In this document: in pieces, positions 59,365 through 64,000 of the stretch
How positions within the stretch are numbered: position 1 is the first letter of the stretch
Layout of the letters: the number at the start of each line of letters is the position of its first letter
Source of the DNA: Candidatus Poribacteria bacterium
GTDB taxonomy: Bacteria; Poribacteria; WGA-4E; PCPOR2b
Assembly (NCBI GenBank): GCA_965208425.1
Contig: OZ242335.1
Coordinates: 84,586-148,585, forward strand
Length of the DNA: 64,000 nt
Reading direction: 5' to 3'
Program-made: the position numbers and the translations under genes
Notes under the pieces: model-generated
Database searches by the model: none
The model's input: only the letters and a program-made list of their open reading frames with translations
Told to the model about the DNA's origin: nothing

Positions 59365-60456
59365 TCAAAATTTACCAGACACCTCCTCACCCTGTTCCCC
59401 AATCGGATAAGTCCCCAAAATTTTCATCATCACGCACAACTCCCTGATTTCTGCAAGTGCTTTCCGCACATTTTCATCTTCCGCGTGCCCATCCAAGTCT
59501 ACAAAGAAAACATACTCCCACGCTTTGGTCTGGGAGGGTAGAGACTCAATCTTACTCATATTGAGTTCATAGTTTTTCAACACCTGCAGCACCTCCCACA
59601 ACGCGCCAATTTTATCCTTAACCGAGAAGATGATAGATGTTCGGTCGCTTCCAGTTGGTGCAGCCGAGTGGATTCCAATAACAAGGAAGCGCGTCGTATT
59701 GTTGGGCCCGTCCATGATTGATTCACCTACCACAGATAGCCCATAAATCTCACCAGCGAGTTGGCCCGCTATTGCTGCCGCGTTTGGTTCACTCGCAGCC
59801 AATTCTGCCGCCTCTGACGTGCTAGAAACCTCAATTTGATGTACACCTGACACATTGTGACCTAGCCATTGACGACATTGGGCAAACGCCTGTGGGTGGG
59901 AGTAGATCTTTTTAATTTCGAGTAGCGGAGATTTTGAGAGGAGATGCTGCTTGATTGGCAAGAAGCACTCCCCGCAAATTTGAAGGCTTGTGTACTGAAA
60001 CATCTCTAAAACATCACGGACTGTTCCATGTGTGGAGTTTTCGATCGCAACAACACCGTAGTCTGCTCGACCGGATTCGACTGTTGTAAAGATGTCGGGC
60101 TGGGGAGTTACCGCGATAAACTCTACTGACGTGCCAAAGAAATGTGAACCCGCGGTGTGGCCAAAGCTACCCGCAGGGCCGAGAAAGGCGATGGATAACG
60201 GTCTTTCGAGCGCACGGCAGGCGGAGATAATCTCGGTATAAATCTTGTGTAGCGCGTCGGAGGGGAATTGCCCGTGGTTCTGCATTTCCAGCCGGGAGAG
60301 AATTTCCCGCTCTCGATGCGGCGCATAAATCTGTTCTACGCCGGTGCGCGATTTGAGTTCACCGACACGTTTGACAATAGTTGCCCGTTCCTTTAAAAGG
60401 ACTAAAATCTGGTCATCAATCTGATCTAGTAGATCGCGGTAATCTTTCAATTGCAT
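59365..60456 (-). CDS. pheA: Chorismate mutase/prephenate dehydratase (P-protein)
   Basis: R..LD.ID, FLGP.GSF, ENSTHG, SHPQA.AQC, NTTRF, ACT domain. Confidence 0.95.
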   Translation of the reverse strand: MQLKDYRDLLDQIDDQILVLLKERATIVKRVGELKSRTGVEQIYAPHREREILSRLEMQNHGQFPSDALHKIYTEIISACRALERPLSIAFLGPAGSFGHTAGSHFFGTSVEFIAVTPQPDIFTTVESGRADYGVVAIENSTHGTVRDVLEMFQYTSLQICGECFLPIKQHLLSKSPLLEIKKIYSHPQAFAQCRQWLGHNVSGVHQIEVSSTSEAAELAASEPNAAAIAGQLAGEIYGLSVVGESIMDGPNNTTRFLVIGIHSAAPTGSDRTSIIFSVKDKIGALWEVLQVLKNYELNMSKIESLPSQTKAWEYVFFVDLDGHAEDENVRKALAEIRELCVMMKILGTYPIGEQGEEVSGKF

Positions 60457-60559
60457 AATAGGTGCGTCAAACGCTATCTCCTGCGCTTTTGATAGATGAA
60501 GGTGGCTTTGGATTCAGAAGCCGAGTTTCTTAGACAACCCCGGTTTCTCTTTTACGTTC

Positions 60560-62377
60560 CTATTTGACAATTACCATGCGCCGTAATTCGGTATGATCAC
60601 CTGTTTGGAGTTGATAGAAATAAACCCCGCTTGCGACCGATTCGCCGTTTTCATTACGCCCGTCCCAATAAGCAGCACGTCCTCGACTATTATAGAAGCC
60701 TGCGGATTGATAACCGAGCGGAAGGGTGCGAATTAACTTACCGGTTGTATTATAAATGGATACCGATACAGAACTGTCTTCCGAGAGTTGATATGGAATC
60801 CATGTTTCAGGGTTGAACGGATTGGGGAAGTTTTGCAGTAACTGCGTCAGCTTCGGTTTACCGATACTATCAAGCTTGATAGACAAAACTGCGTTTGCGA
60901 TGCTCTCAGGGGTCACGTTGTAGCTGAGAGTGTGTGATTCAACGTTGTCATTCGGACCGATAACACGAACTTCAATCACATCTCCAACTTGGACAACGCT
61001 CCGCCGTGCTAGGTCAGCGGTCGCAGCGGCGAAGTAATCACCACGCACGGAGGTGGTTATCGTGTTGTTTGTTCTCAGGTTCCGGACGGTTACTTGATAA
61101 CCGTCAAACGTTGTTTTACCCTGCAAATGACCACTGACAACGAATGCCCATGTCTGATAGGGTGTTGTGGCAAGGGGTGCTGTGGGAACTTGCATCTGAT
61201 TTATCCACGCTGTCCCTGTGAAGACGATGGCGCGCGCATTTGGTAGATTGACGATGTACCCTTTTCCCCCTTCGATGGAAAATCCGTCGTCCGGTGCATC
61301 TGGGGTCCACCCGACGAATTGCTGGTTTGCGGCATCAAGTGTAATGACCGTGGTCGCGCCTGTCTTTACTGCAAGCGAGCGTGCTGTCATGTGGACAGTC
61401 GGTTTCAGAGGCACAGACAGCATGTTCAAACCTTCAGAGAGGTGCATAGAGAAAATATTGCCGAAACCTTCTCCGGTTGGTTGTGGTTTAGGTCTACCGA
61501 GGAAACCGTGTCTACGTCGATCTGCTAAGTCATAATACCCGACAATACTTCCATCCTGATTAACATTTCGGACGACAGTGATAACACTGCCTGGGATCCG
61601 TATTTCATAGAGGGTGCCATCTGGCATGAGGATATAGGACCGCAGAATATCGTTTTCAACTTTGGCTCTGAAGCCGACAGCCCCGAAATCGGTGATGGTG
61701 TTTACAAATAGGAATTCAAGATTCGGCATTTCTGGGAGGTCTATAGTGGTGAAACTGCCGTCGGGGTTCCGTATGAACCCATGAAACATTCCATCGGCAT
61801 CGATGTAGCTGCCGACGACAGTCCCTGCGGCGTTGACAAAGTCCCCATAAGTTTGGACTGCGCCGGGGAATGTAATTATCAGATCCCCTGAGAAGGCGTG
61901 GGAGACTCCCGCTGCATCGACAATGTTACCGCTCAGTGCCCCTGTTTCATCACTAATACCGTAGATGTGGGTTTCGGCTGCACCGGGAAAATCGTATTGT
62001 CGCAGTTCGCCACTTTCTAAGATAACGCCGTGGTAGAGCCCATCTATATCTTTGTAGTGTCCGGCTGCTTTTCCGGTGTTGTCGAGTGCGTAGAAAAAGG
62101 TATTGACGGAACCCGGAAAGTCGTACGTTGTAAAAATGCCGTCTATCAATGTGAAGCCGATGGTTTTCTCGCCATCAGGGCTCCGGGTGTTCCCTGCGTA
62201 ATCCCCGAAATCATTACTTGCAGCCACTTCCAAAAAATCGACACCAGGGACTTCGATGGTCTCAAAGATATAATCTGCAATCGGTGTTTCGGCACCAATT
62301 TGGGCAACGGCATATCCTATGAAACAGATAATTAGACATATAAACAAGGGAAGTTTCGTTTTTATAGGGTAATTCAT
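60560..62377 (-). CDS. Secreted beta-repeat protein with a C-terminal FlgD/T9SS-like domain
   Basis: Signal peptide, YDFPG repeats, G.Y.D..G..HG repeats, QNFPNPFNPETWIPYQL...ASGVYFY. Confidence 0.8.
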   Translation of the reverse strand: MNYPIKTKLPLFICLIICFIGYAVAQIGAETPIADYIFETIEVPGVDFLEVAASNDFGDYAGNTRSPDGEKTIGFTLIDGIFTTYDFPGSVNTFFYALDNTGKAAGHYKDIDGLYHGVILESGELRQYDFPGAAETHIYGISDETGALSGNIVDAAGVSHAFSGDLIITFPGAVQTYGDFVNAAGTVVGSYIDADGMFHGFIRNPDGSFTTIDLPEMPNLEFLFVNTITDFGAVGFRAKVENDILRSYILMPDGTLYEIRIPGSVITVVRNVNQDGSIVGYYDLADRRRHGFLGRPKPQPTGEGFGNIFSMHLSEGLNMLSVPLKPTVHMTARSLAVKTGATTVITLDAANQQFVGWTPDAPDDGFSIEGGKGYIVNLPNARAIVFTGTAWINQMQVPTAPLATTPYQTWAFVVSGHLQGKTTFDGYQVTVRNLRTNNTITTSVRGDYFAAATADLARRSVVQVGDVIEVRVIGPNDNVESHTLSYNVTPESIANAVLSIKLDSIGKPKLTQLLQNFPNPFNPETWIPYQLSEDSSVSVSIYNTTGKLIRTLPLGYQSAGFYNSRGRAAYWDGRNENGESVASGVYFYQLQTGDHTELRRMVIVK

Positions 62378-62402
62378 AGTTATCCTTTCATGTAAAAAGG
62401 TT

Positions 62403-62500
62403 CGCTCATGTTAAGATTTAGTGCAAAGAAACCGAGTTTTCAAGTCCCGATTCTCGGGATGCTCGGAACGGCAAAAAAACTCGGTTTCTCTTCGTGCTTT
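62403..62500. repeat. Partial MITE family A
   Basis: CGCTCATGTTAAGATTTAGTGC..., near-identical to the 40058 copy; right end missing. Confidence 0.6.
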
Positions 62501-64000
62501 CTATTTTAAGATGAGCATCTTTCGTGTCGCCGAAAAGTCAGGGGTCTGCAAACTGTAGAAGTAAACGCCGGATGCCACCTGCTCACCCATGTTGTTCCGT
62601 CCATCCCAATATGCCGCGGTGGAGCGGGTCATATAGAACCCCTGCGGCTTGAAACCGAGATAGAGTGTCCGCACGATCCCCCCCGTTGTGTCGTAAATGT
62701 GGAGGGTGACATCCCCCGATTTTTCAAGCTGATACGGAATCCATGTTTCAGGATTGAACGGATTTGGGAAGTTCTGCAACAACTGCGTCAGTTTCGGTTT
62801 ACCGATACTATCAAGCCTGACTGACAAAACCGCGTCTGCCAAATCTTCAGGGGTCACTTTATAACTGAAGCTATCTGATTCAACATTTCCATTCGGCCCG
62901 ATAACATGGACTTCCATCACATCTCCCACTTCGACAACGCTCCGCCGCGACAAGTCGGCGGTTGCCGCGGCGAAGTAATCCCCTCGCACCGAAGCGGCTA
63001 TTGTGCTATTTGTTCTCAGGTTACGGACGATTATCTGATAACCGTCAAACGCTGGTTTACCCTCTAAATGCCCACTCACAACGAACGCCCACGCTTCTTG
63101 GAGTGGATTCGCGGATATGCCCGGTGCTGCCGCAGCGCGTTCCGTTTGATTTGTCCACTCTGAACCAACGAAGGCAAATTGGCGAGTTTCTGGGACATTG
63201 ACGATATAGCCTTTTCCACCTTCAATTGGGAAACCGTCGTCCGGTGCGCTTGGTGTCCAGCCAACAAATTGCTGGTTTGCCGTATCGAGTGTGATGACAG
63301 TTGTTGCGCCTGTCAGCGCGGCAAGGCTCTTAGCAGTCATCGGTTTTGGCGGTGCCAACGGCACAGAAATCATGTTCAAACCTTTAGTCAGCGTGACGTT
63401 GTAGGTGTTCCCAAAATAGTCGCCCACTGCCTCGGTAGTAGGTCTGGCGATAAAGCCGTGTCTCCGTCCGTCTGCTGAGTCATAGTGTCCGACAATGGAA
63501 CCGTCCTGATTGATATTCCAGCCTTCCGTGCTAACGCTGCCCGGAAACTTAAATCCGTGTATCGCTTGGATTGAGCCGACAGCTGTGACCGGGATATCGC
63601 CTACCACTTTTAATCGGGCAACGAACAACCCCACATCGTTAACACCGTACACAAACAAGTATTCCAGATGCGCTTCAATATCTGTTGGCGGACTGGTAGT
63701 TATAAAATTACCGTCTGGGAACTGGAGGAATGACTGAAATATCCCCTCAGCATCTACGTAGTTACCCAGGATAGTGCCATGCGCGTCCGTAAAATTAGCA
63801 TAGGTTGCTGAAGCCTCGGGTCCTTCGATTATATCGTCCCCTGAGAATCCACGGCGAACGCCAGAAGCATCTATATAGTTGCCCGTCAGTGCCCCCGTCG
63901 CATCACGAATACTGTATATCTCCGTTTGGACGGCATCCGGAAAATCGTATTGCCGCATTTCGCCATCTGGTTCTACGATAACACCGTGGTAAAGTCCGTT
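62501..64000 (-). CDS. Paralog of 60560-62377, 5' end outside the window
   Basis: Same repeat and C-terminal architecture, with high similarity over the C-terminal half. Confidence 0.8.
   Translation of the reverse strand, partial: NGLYHGVIVEPDGEMRQYDFPDAVQTEIYSIRDATGALTGNYIDASGVRRGFSGDDIIEGPEASATYANFTDAHGTILGNYVDAEGIFQSFLQFPDGNFITTSPPTDIEAHLEYLFVYGVNDVGLFVARLKVVGDIPVTAVGSIQAIHGFKFPGSVSTEGWNINQDGSIVGHYDSADGRRHGFIARPTTEAVGDYFGNTYNVTLTKGLNMISVPLAPPKPMTAKSLAALTGATTVITLDTANQQFVGWTPSAPDDGFPIEGGKGYIVNVPETRQFAFVGSEWTNQTERAAAAPGISANPLQEAWAFVVSGHLEGKPAFDGYQIIVRNLRTNSTIAASVRGDYFAAATADLSRRSVVEVGDVMEVHVIGPNGNVESDSFSYKVTPEDLADAVLSVRLDSIGKPKLTQLLQNFPNPFNPETWIPYQLEKSGDVTLHIYDTTGGIVRTLYLGFKPQGFYMTRSTAAYWDGRNNMGEQVASGVYFYSLQTPDFSATRKMLILK

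Noticed and set aside
1-64000. tRNA, rRNA or tnpA genes
   Set aside because: None recognised in the window.

Overview
Bacterial chromosomal window. The gene content (several PhyH dioxygenases, a sulfatase, a sialidase, secreted proteins ending in a PNPFNPETWIPYQL FlgD/T9SS-like domain, and MITE-dense intergenic DNA) resembles Ca. Poribacteria; this assignment is inference. The window holds a complete type I-B-like CRISPR-Cas locus (cas6-cas8[+internal cas11]-cas7-cas5-cas3-cas4-cas1-cas2, then about 76 repeats and 75 spacers), three tnpB genes, three non-coding IS200/IS605 derivatives, many nested MITEs, and housekeeping or catabolic genes (cimA, pheA, def, larE, glcF, rsmE and others). The two most notable observations: (1) two related tnpB elements sit at host start codons (target (A)TGAN). 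Their right end carries an RBS and ATG that read through the terminal hairpin in the phase that restores the interrupted host gene. (2) A covarying pseudoknotted leader RNA lies just behind a sigma70 promoter in all five IS605-type elements whose left part is visible. Also seen: a GcvH-like protein with no lipoyl lysine, an ECF sigma factor followed by a soluble double-FHA protein, a possible degenerate mini-CRISPR upstream of cas6, and a MITE inserted in the last CRISPR repeat.
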